Part shown: positions 1-8,514 of the stretch, piece by piece
Layout: each line of letters starts with the position of its first letter
Numbering within the stretch: position 1 is the stretch's first letter
Assembly: GCA_046565645.1 (NCBI GenBank)
Contig: JBKHYD010000034.1
Span: forward strand, 49,209-113,208
Length of the DNA stretch: 64,000 nt
From: Acidimicrobiia bacterium
Lineage (GTDB): Bacteria; Actinomycetota; Acidimicrobiia; Acidimicrobiales; VFJN01
Reading direction: 5' to 3'
Translations under genes and position numbers: made by a program
The notes under the pieces: generated by a model
Seen by the model: only the letters and a program-made list of their open reading frames with translations
The model's database searches: none
What the model was told of the DNA's origin: nothing

Positions 1-1011
1 GAACGGGGCCCCAAAGAAGGCCGTCACCACCCCGATCGGGATCTCGGCCGGTGACGACAGCGTGCGGGCCAGCAGGTCCGCGACGCAGAGGAAGGCGCCA
101 CCGAAGAGCATCGAGAGCGGGAGGACCACCCGGTGGCTGCGGCCGGCCAGGAGCCGGACGGTGTGGGGGACGATGATCCCGACGAACGCGATGAGCCCGG
201 AGACCGACACCGCCGCGGCCGTACCGAGCGTGGCCGCCCCGACGACGATGAGCCGGGTGCGAGCCGGGTGGAGGCCGAGGGTGGCGGCCTCGTCGTCGCC
301 GACGGCCAGCACGTCGAGGACCCGTCGGTGGCCGAGCAGGACCACCCAGCACACGAGCGCGTAGGGCAGCAGCATCCGCACGTCGCTCCACCCCGAGGTC
401 GACAGGCGGCCCAGGATCCAGACGTAGACGTCCCGGATGGTGTCCTGGTTGCGCTGCTGGACGAAGGTCTGGACGGCGGTGAGGAAGCTGGCCACGGCGA
501 CCCCGGCGAGGATCAGCGACGCCGTGGAGCCCCGCCCGCCGCCGGCCGCGCCCAGCGCGTAGGACAGGAACACCGCCCCCAGCGCTCCGGCGAAGGCGGC
601 CAGCGGCACGTAGCCGGGGGTGCCCGCCCCCTCGGCCACCCGGACGATCACGAGGGTGGCGCCCAGGCCCGCACCGGCGGCCGCGCCCAGGAGGTACGGG
701 TCGGCCAGGGGGTTGCGGAACACCCCCTGGTAGCTGGCCCCGCACAGGGACAGGGTGGCGCCCACGAGGAGCCCGAGGACCACCCGGGGCAGCCGGATCT
801 GCTCGACGATGGCCACCTGCCGGTCGTCGAGGTCGGTGGTGGCGCCCAGCAGCTGGCCGACGACCTCGACCGGCGACAGGGACACCGGGCCCATCACGAG
901 GCCCGCCAACGCGGCGGCGGCCGCTGCGACCACGCCCGCCACCACCCAGCTCAGGCGGAGGCGAGCCGCCCGGAGCGGAGGTGCGGCGGCGGGCGCGGTC
1001 GCGGTGGTCAC
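1..1011 (-). CDS. FecCD-family ABC importer permease (B12/heme/siderophore type); its 3' end runs off the window
   Basis: Not in the ORF track because the frame is open to position 1. My reverse translation from GTG at 1011 gives VTTATAPAAAPPLRAARLRLSWVVAG...IRLPRVVLGLLVGATLSLCGASYQGVFRNPLADPYLLG..., a typical BtuC/FecCD polytopic permease. GTGA start/stop overlap with the upstream binding-protein gene. Confidence 0.8.
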   Translation of the reverse strand, partial: MTTATAPAAAPPLRAARLRLSWVVAGVVAAAAAALAGLVMGPVSLSPVEVVGQLLGATTDLDDRQVAIVEQIRLPRVVLGLLVGATLSLCGASYQGVFRNPLADPYLLGAAAGAGLGATLVIVRVAEGAGTPGYVPLAAFAGALGAVFLSYALGAAGGGRGSTASLILAGVAVASFLTAVQTFVQQRNQDTIRDVYVWILGRLSTSGWSDVRMLLPYALVCWVVLLGHRRVLDVLAVGDDEAATLGLHPARTRLIVVGAATLGTAAAVSVSGLIAFVGIIVPHTVRLLAGRSHRVVLPLSMLFGGAFLCVADLLARTLSSPAEIPIGVVTAFFGAPF

Positions 1012-1940
1012 GCGGCGGCGGCCTCGTCGGAGCTGGCCGAGGCGACGGCCTCGACGATCTCCTCGAGCAGGTCGACGACGCGGGGCCCCCACCGGCTGGC
1101 CACGTCGTCGTCGAGTGCCACGACGTTGCCCTCCCGCACCGCGGTCAGGGACCCGAACCCCGGTCGGGCCGCGAACGTCTCCGGGGTCTGGGCGCAGCAC
1201 TTGGTGTCGGCGAGGAAGACCAGGTCGGGGTCCGCCTCCACGAGGTACTCGGCCGACAGCTGGGGGTAGCCGCCGTGGGCGCCGTCGGGGTCGGCGGCGT
1301 CGGCCACGTTCTCGAGGCCGACCATCGCGTAGAGCTCGCCGATGAACGTGCTGGAGGTCACGGAGTAGAGCAGGTCGTCGAGCTCGTGGAAGAAGGTCAG
1401 GGGCTCGTCCAGCTCGGGCACCTCGGCCAGGATCGCCTCGATGTCGCTGGTCATCTCCGCCACCAGGTCGGCCGCCCCCTCGGCCTCGCCGGTGGCCTCG
1501 CCCAGCTCCTCGATCTGCGCGTAGAGGTCCTCGAGTGTGGCCGGGGCGGGCGCCGCCAGCACCTCGATGCCGACCGTGGTGAGGCCCTCGACGAGCTCGG
1601 GGTCCGTCCCGTCGACGACGACGAGGTCCGGCTCGTGGGTGCTGATCGCCTCCAGGTTGGGCTCGAACGCCGAGAGGTCCGTCATCGGGGCCTCCGACGG
1701 GTGGTTCGACATGTTGTCCACCGCCACCACCTGGTCGCCGGCGCCGATGGCGAAGAGCAGCTCGGTGGCCGAGGGGGAGAGCGACACGATCCGCTCCGGG
1801 GCGTCCGTGCCGGGCTCCCCGCCGCCGGCCGGCTCCTCGGCGGCCGGATCGCCGCCGACGACCTGGTCGTCGGCGTCGGTGTCACCGCAGGCGGCGAGCA
1901 GGGCGGTGGCGGCCACGAGGGCCGCGAGGGTGCGCTTCAT
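1008..1940 (-). CDS. Periplasmic substrate-binding lipoprotein of a class-III (BtuF/FhuD-like) ABC importer; probably corrinoid-binding given the upstream riboswitch
   Basis: ORF track 310 aa. Signal peptide with lipobox (ALLAAC), RIVSLSPSATELLFAIGAGDQVVAVD motif typical of BtuF/heme/siderophore binding proteins. AGGAGG SD 11 nt upstream. Confidence 0.85.
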   Translation of the reverse strand: MKRTLAALVAATALLAACGDTDADDQVVGGDPAAEEPAGGGEPGTDAPERIVSLSPSATELLFAIGAGDQVVAVDNMSNHPSEAPMTDLSAFEPNLEAISTHEPDLVVVDGTDPELVEGLTTVGIEVLAAPAPATLEDLYAQIEELGEATGEAEGAADLVAEMTSDIEAILAEVPELDEPLTFFHELDDLLYSVTSSTFIGELYAMVGLENVADAADPDGAHGGYPQLSAEYLVEADPDLVFLADTKCCAQTPETFAARPGFGSLTAVREGNVVALDDDVASRWGPRVVDLLEEIVEAVASASSDEAAAA

Positions 1941-2165
1941 CTGATCTGGTTCCTCCTGTCTGGTCGAGGGGTGGGTGCTCGACGTCAGGAGATCCCTGCC
2001 GTGCGAACCGGGCCCGTCCTCGAGGCTGGTTCGTCACGCCGACCCGACAGGCGACCTGGCTCGCCTCCCCCACGGTGAGAGAGGACCACAGTTGCGGGAC
2101 AGCACCGGAGTCGCACCGGTTTCGCTGTCGGACGGCAGACGGCGGCAACCTACGGCTGCCGTGCG
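1941..2165 (-). promoter_or_regulatory. Cobalamin (B12) riboswitch leader of the binding-protein/permease operon
   Basis: Reverse strand of 2086-2123 reads GAAACCGGTGCGACTCCGGTGCTGTCCCGCAACTGTGG, the conserved core. Reverse strand of 2044-2062 reads GAGCCAGGTCGCCTGTCGG, B12-box-like. A downstream helix can sequester the SD (1952-1958 pairing with 1986-1991). Confidence 0.8.
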
Positions 2166-2202
2166 GGGGCGGTCAACCGGAGGCGCGACCTACCCTGGCC
2201 GG

Positions 2203-3132
2203 GTGACCCCGGAGCCCGACGGACAGCCCCGCGACCCGGCCTTCCGGTGCTCGCCCTGGACGAGGGCGCAGGGGGTCGATCCGATCGGCTCCGCCGCCCG
2301 CTTCGACGCGCTGGTGCTGGTGGAGCAGCCGCTCCCGTGGCCGAACGACGTGAGCGAGATGGCCCTCTTCGCGGGTCGCGAGGTCGACGGCGTGCGGATC
2401 ATGGCGGTGGTCCCCGAGGACCGTCCCCGGGCCCCGGGGGTCGTCACCGTCGTGCACCGGCGCCGCACCGGCACCAACCACCTCGTCGGCACCGACCACC
2501 GCGTCGTCGAGGACGACCTCCCGTCCCTGCTCGACGACCTGCTCTCGGACCCGCTGGGCGACCACCGGGGGCGCACCAGCGCCGAGGGCGAGTCGCCCCC
2601 TGAGGTGCTCGTGTGCGCGCACGGGCGCCGGGATCCCTGCTGCGGCCGGTGGGGCACCCTCCTGCACCTGGAGCTGGGCGCGCTCTGGAGCGAGGTGCGG
2701 GTGTGGCGCTGCTCCCACACCGGCGGGCACCGCTTCGCTCCGACGGCCATCACCCTCCCCGACGGCCGCGCGTGGGCCTACGCCGGACCCGAGCTGCTCG
2801 ACCGGGTGGTGCGGCGCACGGGCGACCTGGCGCCGCTCGCCGACCACGATCGCGGCACCAGCGCCCTCGGGCCCTGGGCCCAGGTGGTCGAGCGCGCGGT
2901 GCTGCACGCCCGGGGCTGGGGGTGGCTCGACGAGACGCTCACGGCCGTCGAGGAGGACCTCCACCCCGACGGGCGGCAGGCCACGGTGACGCTGCGCTGG
3001 CCCGGCGGATCGGCCACCGGCACGGTCGAGGTGGCGCGGGAGGTCCCGGTGCTGGTGTGCGGCGAGCCTCCGGCGGCCGCCACCAAGATCAGCCCCGACC
3101 TGGCGCTGGTGGACCTGTCGTTCGGGTGCTGA
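2203..3132 (+). CDS. Sucrase/ferredoxin-like (thioredoxin-fold, Cys-rich) family protein
   Basis: Motif VLVCAHGRRDPCCGRWG ... RCSHTGGHRFAP. ORF track start 1975 trimmed to in-frame GTG 2203, which has TACCCT 6 nt upstream. Confidence 0.7.
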   Translation: MTPEPDGQPRDPAFRCSPWTRAQGVDPIGSAARFDALVLVEQPLPWPNDVSEMALFAGREVDGVRIMAVVPEDRPRAPGVVTVVHRRRTGTNHLVGTDHRVVEDDLPSLLDDLLSDPLGDHRGRTSAEGESPPEVLVCAHGRRDPCCGRWGTLLHLELGALWSEVRVWRCSHTGGHRFAPTAITLPDGRAWAYAGPELLDRVVRRTGDLAPLADHDRGTSALGPWAQVVERAVLHARGWGWLDETLTAVEEDLHPDGRQATVTLRWPGGSATGTVEVAREVPVLVCGEPPAAATKISPDLALVDLSFGC

Positions 3133-3171
3133 CACCGGCCCAGCCGGCACGACCGGCGGTAGCCTGGCGCC

Positions 3172-3840
3172 ATGGCCGAGTACGAGACCCCCGAGTTCCA
3201 CCCGGCGTTCGAGGAGTACTGCGAGGCCATCTTCGAGCTCCGTGAAGACGAGGTGGACGTCATCCAGGCCCGGATCGCCGAGCGGCTCATGGTGTCGAGG
3301 CCCGCCGTCTCCGAGATGATCAAGCGGATGGAGGCCGAAGGGCTGGTGTCGGTGGAGCGCAACGCCATCTCGCTCACCGCCGCCGGGGACCGGCTCGCCC
3401 AGCGGGTGGTTCGCCGCCACCGCCTGGCCGAGCGCCTCCTCACCGACATCCTGGGCCTGTCGTGGGCGTTCGCCCACAAGGAGGCCGGCAAGTGGGAGCA
3501 CGTCATCTCCGAGCCGGTCGAGGAAGCGCTCGTCCGGGTGCTGGGCGAGCCCACCACCTGCCCGCACGGCAACCCGATCCCCGGCGCCGGCTACGTCGCC
3601 CCGGACGCCCGCCCGCTGAGCGACGTCACCGTGGGCGAGAGCTTCACCGTGAGCCGGATCCCCGAGGAGCTCGAGTTCGCCCCCGGCCTGCTCGAGTTCC
3701 TCGAGGAGGCCGAGCTCCTCCCCGGCCGGGCGGGCACCATCACGGCTGCGTCTCCGGACGGAACCACCACCGTGGAGATCGACGGCCGGCACGTCGGCAT
3801 CGGCGCCTTCGCCAGCCAGCGCATCCTCGTCACGACCTGA
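3172..3840 (+). CDS. DtxR/IdeR/MntR-family metal-dependent transcriptional regulator with C-terminal SH3-like (FeoA) domain
   Basis: 222 aa. ARIAERL..SRPAVSEMIKRME HTH, RRHRLAERLLTDILGL, WEHV, CPHGNPIPG. Aligns by eye with DtxR along its whole length. Confidence 0.9.
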   Translation: MAEYETPEFHPAFEEYCEAIFELREDEVDVIQARIAERLMVSRPAVSEMIKRMEAEGLVSVERNAISLTAAGDRLAQRVVRRHRLAERLLTDILGLSWAFAHKEAGKWEHVISEPVEEALVRVLGEPTTCPHGNPIPGAGYVAPDARPLSDVTVGESFTVSRIPEELEFAPGLLEFLEEAELLPGRAGTITAASPDGTTTVEIDGRHVGIGAFASQRILVTT

Positions 3841-3873
3841 CGGGCGCCCGCGCCCCCACCTAGCCTCGCCCCC

Positions 3874-5196
3874 GTGGCCGTGAAGGGCACCTACCTCGAC
3901 TTGGCAGGCACCCCCTCCGCCCTGCGGGCGTCGGTGCTCGGCAGCTTCGGCGGCAAGGCCGCCGAGATGGCGACCCTGCTCGCGCTGGCCACGCTCGTGC
4001 CCCGTGCCCTGGGGCCCCACGCGTACGGCCGGTTCGCCCTCCCGCTCACCGTCGTCACGCTCGGGTCGCTGGCGCTGACCCTCGGCGGGCCGGCCGTGCT
4101 CGCCCGGTTCGTCCCGGCCGCGCCGGCGCAGCAGCGTCCGGCCGTGGCCCGCGCGCTCGGGTGGCGCCTGGCCAAGGGCCGGATGGCGCAGCTGGCCGGC
4201 GCCGGGGTCCTCGTGGTGGTGGTGGCCGCCTCCGGTCGCACCACGATCTCCGGGCGCGACGCGCTCCTCGTGTCGGCGGCGCTCGCCCTCAACGTGGCGG
4301 CGACGCTCATCCTGCAGGTCGGGCTCGGGTTGGGCCGCACCGTCCCGTGGACCCTGCGCTACCCGCTCCAGAACGCCGTGCTCATCGCCGGCGTGCTCGC
4401 GCTCCACCGGCCGGCCGGTCCCGTCGGCGGCCTCTGGGCGCTGGTGCTGGCAGGCGGCGTCGGCGTCGCCTATGCCGCGGTGAGCCTGCGAGCCGAGCTC
4501 CGCAGCGTCCTCGCCGCGCCGAGCGCCGAGCTCCCGTCCGGCGCACTGCGCTTCGGGGTGCTGAGCGCCGGCGGTGCCGCCCTGACCCAGGTGGCGCAGC
4601 GCGGCGGCGTCGTGGCGGTGGCGCTCCTCGGGCCGGGCGCGGTGGCGGTGGGCCACACGTCGCTGGCGCTCGGGATCGCGCTGGGCGCCACCTACGCGGT
4701 CCTCCAGGCCTTCACGGTCAGCCTCCCCCACCTCGCCGGTTCGCGCCACGCCGCTGCTGCCGAGCCTGCCCTGCGTCGTCTCGCCGAGCTCCTCCTCGCT
4801 CCCCTGGCCCTCGGGTGCACGCTTGCCGCGGTGACCATCGACCGCGTCGTCCCCCTCGTGTTCGGAGACCGCTTCGTCGACGCCGCCGACGCCTTCGGTC
4901 CGGCGCTGGTGCTCGTGGTGCTGGCACCGGTGTCGTCCCTCCTCGTCCAGGCCGCCGCTCTCCGCCTGCGCCCTGAGGCGGTGCTGTCGATGGGCCTGGC
5001 CAACCTGGCCGGCTTCGCCGCGGCAGCCGTGCTCGCCGTCCCATCGGCGGGTGCCGTCGGTGGCACCGGGGCGGCGGCGGCGGGGGCCGCCCTGGGCGTC
5101 GCGGTCGGGCTCCGCCTGCTGCCCGGTGCGGCGGGTGGCCGCCTGGTCGCTGCCACCGTCGTGGCCGCTGTGGTCCTGGCGGGAGCTTCGTGGTGA
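3874..5196 (+). CDS. Polysaccharide-biosynthesis/oligosaccharide flippase-type polytopic membrane protein (MOP/Wzx-like)
   Basis: 440 aa. Hydrophobic segments throughout, Ala/Leu/Gly/Val-rich, sited directly before a GT2 gene. GTG start with TAGCCT 7 nt upstream. Confidence 0.6.
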   Translation: MAVKGTYLDLAGTPSALRASVLGSFGGKAAEMATLLALATLVPRALGPHAYGRFALPLTVVTLGSLALTLGGPAVLARFVPAAPAQQRPAVARALGWRLAKGRMAQLAGAGVLVVVVAASGRTTISGRDALLVSAALALNVAATLILQVGLGLGRTVPWTLRYPLQNAVLIAGVLALHRPAGPVGGLWALVLAGGVGVAYAAVSLRAELRSVLAAPSAELPSGALRFGVLSAGGAALTQVAQRGGVVAVALLGPGAVAVGHTSLALGIALGATYAVLQAFTVSLPHLAGSRHAAAAEPALRRLAELLLAPLALGCTLAAVTIDRVVPLVFGDRFVDAADAFGPALVLVVLAPVSSLLVQAAALRLRPEAVLSMGLANLAGFAAAAVLAVPSAGAVGGTGAAAAGAALGVAVGLRLLPGAAGGRLVAATVVAAVVLAGASW

Positions 5197-5203
5197 CCCA
5201 CCG

Positions 5204-6043
5204 GTGAGCGGCGGCGGACGACCCTGCGTGGTGGTGCCCACCCGCGACCGCCTCACCGCGCTGTCCGCCTGCCTCGAGGCCTTGGCCCGGCAGGATCGAC
5301 CGGTGGACGTCATCGTGGTCGACGACGGGTCGGTCGACGGCGCCGCGGTGGAGGCCCTCGTGCGGGCCGCGCCACGGGCGCGCCTCGTCCGAAGGGACGG
5401 CCACGGCCCTGCCGCAGCCCGCAACGCGGGGGTGGCGGCCGCCACCGCCGACGTCGTGTGCTTCACCGACGACGACTGCCGGCCCGACCCCGGCTGGGCC
5501 CGGGCGATCGTCGACGCGGTCGCCGAGGGGGCCGCGGTGGTGGCTGGCCCGACGGTGGTGGGAGCGTCGGGCGACCACGTCGCGGCGGCCGCCCAGCTGG
5601 TCACCAACCACCTCGTCGAGGAGTCGCTCGACGCCGAGGCCGGCACGGTGGGGTTCGCTCCGACGAGCAACCTCGGCGGCCTGCGGCGCGTGTTCGAGAC
5701 CCTGGCGTTCGACGAGGCCTACCCCGCCGCCGCCGGGGAGGACCGGGACTGGTGCGCTCGGCTGGCCGCCTCGGGACGGACGATCACCTGGGCGCCCGGC
5801 GCCGTGGTCGGCCACCACCCGGACCTGACGCTGCGGGGCTTCTGGCGACAGCAGGAGCGCTACGGGCGCGGCGCCCGCCGGGTCCACTCCTCGGGCGCGG
5901 GAGGGCGGGCCGAGGCCGGGTTCTACCTGCGGCTCCTGCGCCGTGGGTGGCGGGCGGGCTGGCGGGAGGGCGCGCTGGTCGGGCTGGCCCAGGTGGCGAC
6001 GCTTGTCGGCTACGCGCGCGCCCGGGCACGTCGCCCGAGCTGA
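5204..6043 (+). CDS. Glycosyltransferase family 2 (soluble type)
   Basis: CVVVPTRDR...VDVIVVDDGSVDG...ARNAGV...VCFTDDDCRP, GT-A fold with DxD. Start trimmed to GTG 5204, 8 nt after the flippase stop. Confidence 0.8.
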   Translation: MSGGGRPCVVVPTRDRLTALSACLEALARQDRPVDVIVVDDGSVDGAAVEALVRAAPRARLVRRDGHGPAAARNAGVAAATADVVCFTDDDCRPDPGWARAIVDAVAEGAAVVAGPTVVGASGDHVAAAAQLVTNHLVEESLDAEAGTVGFAPTSNLGGLRRVFETLAFDEAYPAAAGEDRDWCARLAASGRTITWAPGAVVGHHPDLTLRGFWRQQERYGRGARRVHSSGAGGRAEAGFYLRLLRRGWRAGWREGALVGLAQVATLVGYARARARRPS

Positions 6044-6064
6044 CGACCGGCCGCGGTCGGGAAC

Positions 6065-7570
6065 TCAGCCGAGCAGCGGTGTGCCCGCCATGGCGCTCGG
6101 GTCTCCGCCGGCCAGCGCCGCCGCCGTGGCGGCGATGTCTTCCAGGCGGGCGGGTCGGCCAGGGTCCACGAGCCGAGACGAGCCCGGCACGAGGAGCGCC
6201 CAGGCATCGCCCTCGGTGTGGTTGCCGGACCGGCCGCTGCCCGCCCCGTGGCGCCAGATGGTGCCGTAGCGCTCCGAGCGGAGGCCCTCCAGCTGCGTGG
6301 CGACCCGCGGCGTCCAGCGCACGACCAGGTCGGGCAGCTGGTCCGCCCGGGCCCCGTGGCCGAAGCGGTCGGCCACCCGCTCGACCGAGGCCACGGCGGG
6401 GTGGCCGTCGAGGTCGTGGAAGGTCTGGAGGCCCTCCGCGATCTCGTCCATGAGCGCCGGTGCCTCCTCCGGGTCGACGATGCCCTCACGCTCACGGCCT
6501 CGCAGGTTGAGGCGGATGTAGCCCTGGTTCTCCGCCGGGTGGGCGAACGCGCGGGTGCGGGTCCAGTCGAACCCCCTGAGCTCCAGGCGGCCGGTGAGGT
6601 CCAACGCCACCTGTTCGGGCAGGGTCCGCGCCACGCGGGCTCGCAGATCGCTCGGCAGGGCAGCCCGCAACCGCCAGATCGCGCCGCTGCCGCCGGTGGT
6701 GCTCTCCGACCGGGCCGACGGGTCGAGGACGGCCTGGAGCATCTCGGGCAGCAGGTCGGCGCGGCTGGTGTTGAGCTCCATGCCCACCGGGGAGATCACC
6801 ATCAGGTCGGCGTCGGCGGGGAGCGTGCGCCCGATCCGGCCGAGCGCCGCGTCGACCGCTTCGTAGACCTCGTCGAGCGTCCGCCCGAGGACCGGGGCGA
6901 CGTCCTGGTCGACGCCGTCGATCTGGGAGAGGTCGAAGAACTGGTGGCCGGCCACGTGGGCCGCGCAGAAGGTGAGCCAGGCCAGGTCGTAGGGCTCCTG
7001 CTCGAGCAGGAGGGTGGCGGCATCAGCCACCCGACCGGGAGCGGAGAGGAGGCGGCGGCGCAGGGCCAGCATCTCGCCCGCCTTGTGCCGTCCGAACACC
7101 TCGTCGACGGGCTCGGGCCGGCCGAAGAGGCGCTCGAGGCGCCGGTGGGTCGGCTCGGGGCGGGCCCAGCGCTGCAGCACCACCCGGTCGTGGAGCTGCC
7201 AGCCGCACACCAGCGTGCCCGGCGGCGCCTCGACCGGAGGGCGGCTCTCATAGGGGTCGACGGCGAGGGTGCGGACCCCATGGCGGCCCAGGTCCTCCCA
7301 CACGGGAGCGGGGGCCGGGAGGTCGCCCATGTAGCGGACGCGCTGGGCCGTCGGATCCCACTGGAACGGGTAGAAGAGCCCGTGGTCCTCGACCGGGACG
7401 CCGCTGTAGAGGGTGTGCTGGGCGCCCGCCGCGAACTGGGTGGCGGGGGCCTCGAGGTCCAGCCAGGTGCCGCGCTCGCGCAGCCCGGCGAGCACGGGGA
7501 GCCGGCCGGCCGAGAGGAGGCGGTCGAGCACCGAGGCGCTGGCGGCGTCGAACTGGAGGATGGCGAGCAT
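6065..7570 (-). CDS. Alkaline-phosphatase-superfamily enzyme (type I phosphodiesterase/nucleotide pyrophosphatase-like)
   Basis: Real start MLAILQFDAASASVLDRLL (ATG 7570, 2 nt after the upstream stop). C-terminal GRSGNHTEGDAWALLVPG. The 698-aa ORF-track version has a false Arg/Pro-rich N-terminal extension. Confidence 0.7.
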   Translation of the reverse strand: MLAILQFDAASASVLDRLLSAGRLPVLAGLRERGTWLDLEAPATQFAAGAQHTLYSGVPVEDHGLFYPFQWDPTAQRVRYMGDLPAPAPVWEDLGRHGVRTLAVDPYESRPPVEAPPGTLVCGWQLHDRVVLQRWARPEPTHRRLERLFGRPEPVDEVFGRHKAGEMLALRRRLLSAPGRVADAATLLLEQEPYDLAWLTFCAAHVAGHQFFDLSQIDGVDQDVAPVLGRTLDEVYEAVDAALGRIGRTLPADADLMVISPVGMELNTSRADLLPEMLQAVLDPSARSESTTGGSGAIWRLRAALPSDLRARVARTLPEQVALDLTGRLELRGFDWTRTRAFAHPAENQGYIRLNLRGREREGIVDPEEAPALMDEIAEGLQTFHDLDGHPAVASVERVADRFGHGARADQLPDLVVRWTPRVATQLEGLRSERYGTIWRHGAGSGRSGNHTEGDAWALLVPGSSRLVDPGRPARLEDIAATAAALAGGDPSAMAGTPLLG

Positions 7571-7572
7571 GG

Positions 7573-8514
7573 TCAGGGCTCCTGCGGGACGGGTTCGATG
7601 CGGTGGCCGGCGCCGGCGCTCGACCGGGCGGCCTCGAGGACGGCCATCACGGACACCCCGTCGTTGGCGGTCGCCAGGTCGGGGGCGGGCCGGCCTTGGG
7701 CGGCGGCGGCGAAGGCTCGGAGCTGCGCCGCGAGCGACGTGACGAGCGGGTGGGGGCGCCCGCGGAGCGTCGCGACCCGACCGGTCACCATCCCGACGAC
7801 GCCTCCGCTCCGGTGCTGGGCCACGGTGCGCCCCGCGGCGCGGACCGAGACGGCCTCGGCGTGCAGCTCGTCGCAGGCGATCACGGCCGTGGCCGTGACC
7901 CGCCCGCCGGTCAGCTGGAGCCGGCCTCGGGTACGGTCGAGCTCGGCGGAGACGGTCTCGATGCGCGTGCCGGCCAGCCACTGCACGAGGTCGACGACGT
8001 GGGGACCCAGGTCGAGGAGCACGTCGTCGTCCACGGTGCGCGGCGCCCAGCTGCGACGCCGGTAGGCGAGGCGCAGCTCCAGCTCCAGCCGGCCGCGGTC
8101 GGGCACCCGCCGCCGCAGTGTTCGCACCCCGGGATCGAACCGCCGGTTGAACCCGATCCACGGTGCCGGGGTGAGGGCCGCCAGCCGACGGGCCCCGGTG
8201 AGGTCGGTCGCCGGGGGCTTCTCGACCAGGACGGGCAGCCCCGCCTCGGCGGCCGCGGCGGCCCCCTCGAGGTGGTGCTCCGCCGGCGAGGCGACGACCA
8301 CGGCCCCCAGCTCGGTTCGCTCGACGAGCGACCGGAGCGAGGTGTGGGCCTCCACCCGGGCTCCAGCCGCCGCGGCGAGGGCCTGCGCTCGGGCGCGGTC
8401 GGGGTCGGCCAGCCCGACCAGGCGCAGCTGGGGGACGCTCGCCAGCGCCGGCAGGTAGCCGAGCTCGGCCAGCCGGCCGGCCCCCACGAGGCCGACGAGC
8501 ACAGGGGTGGTCAT
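7573..8514 (-). CDS. Gfo/Idh/MocA-family NAD(P)-dependent oxidoreductase
   Basis: MTTPVLVGLVGAGRLAELGYLPAL Rossmann N-terminus, EKPPATD motif. ATGA overlap with the upstream GT2 stop. Confidence 0.8.
   Translation of the reverse strand: MTTPVLVGLVGAGRLAELGYLPALASVPQLRLVGLADPDRARAQALAAAAGARVEAHTSLRSLVERTELGAVVVASPAEHHLEGAAAAAEAGLPVLVEKPPATDLTGARRLAALTPAPWIGFNRRFDPGVRTLRRRVPDRGRLELELRLAYRRRSWAPRTVDDDVLLDLGPHVVDLVQWLAGTRIETVSAELDRTRGRLQLTGGRVTATAVIACDELHAEAVSVRAAGRTVAQHRSGGVVGMVTGRVATLRGRPHPLVTSLAAQLRAFAAAAQGRPAPDLATANDGVSVMAVLEAARSSAGAGHRIEPVPQEP

Noticed and set aside
2173-5670. Very long ORFs in the track: 1165 aa here, and also 47548-51549 (1333 aa), 46418-49579 (1053 aa), 41830-44079, 59431-61719, 33570-35762 and 54612-56654.
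   Set aside because: These are Arg/Pro/Gly/Ala-rich shadow frames, antisense or out of frame to genes with clear family motifs. Stop codons are rare at this GC content, so ORF length is not evidence. Only in-frame terminal segments with motifs were kept, such as the CoA-transferase and the second ABC exporter.
6065-8161. N-terminal extensions in ORF-track entries. Examples: 698 aa here, 7573-9405, 8511-9737, 37141-38130, 37647-38825, 38276-39085, 38967-40157, 39514-40890, 60405-62402 and 62315-63847.
   Set aside because: The extensions are shadow-like Arg/Pro/Gly sequence overlapping the upstream gene. Internal starts coincide with motif onset, SD or TANNNT signals, or ATGA/GTGA couplings, so the shorter models were used.
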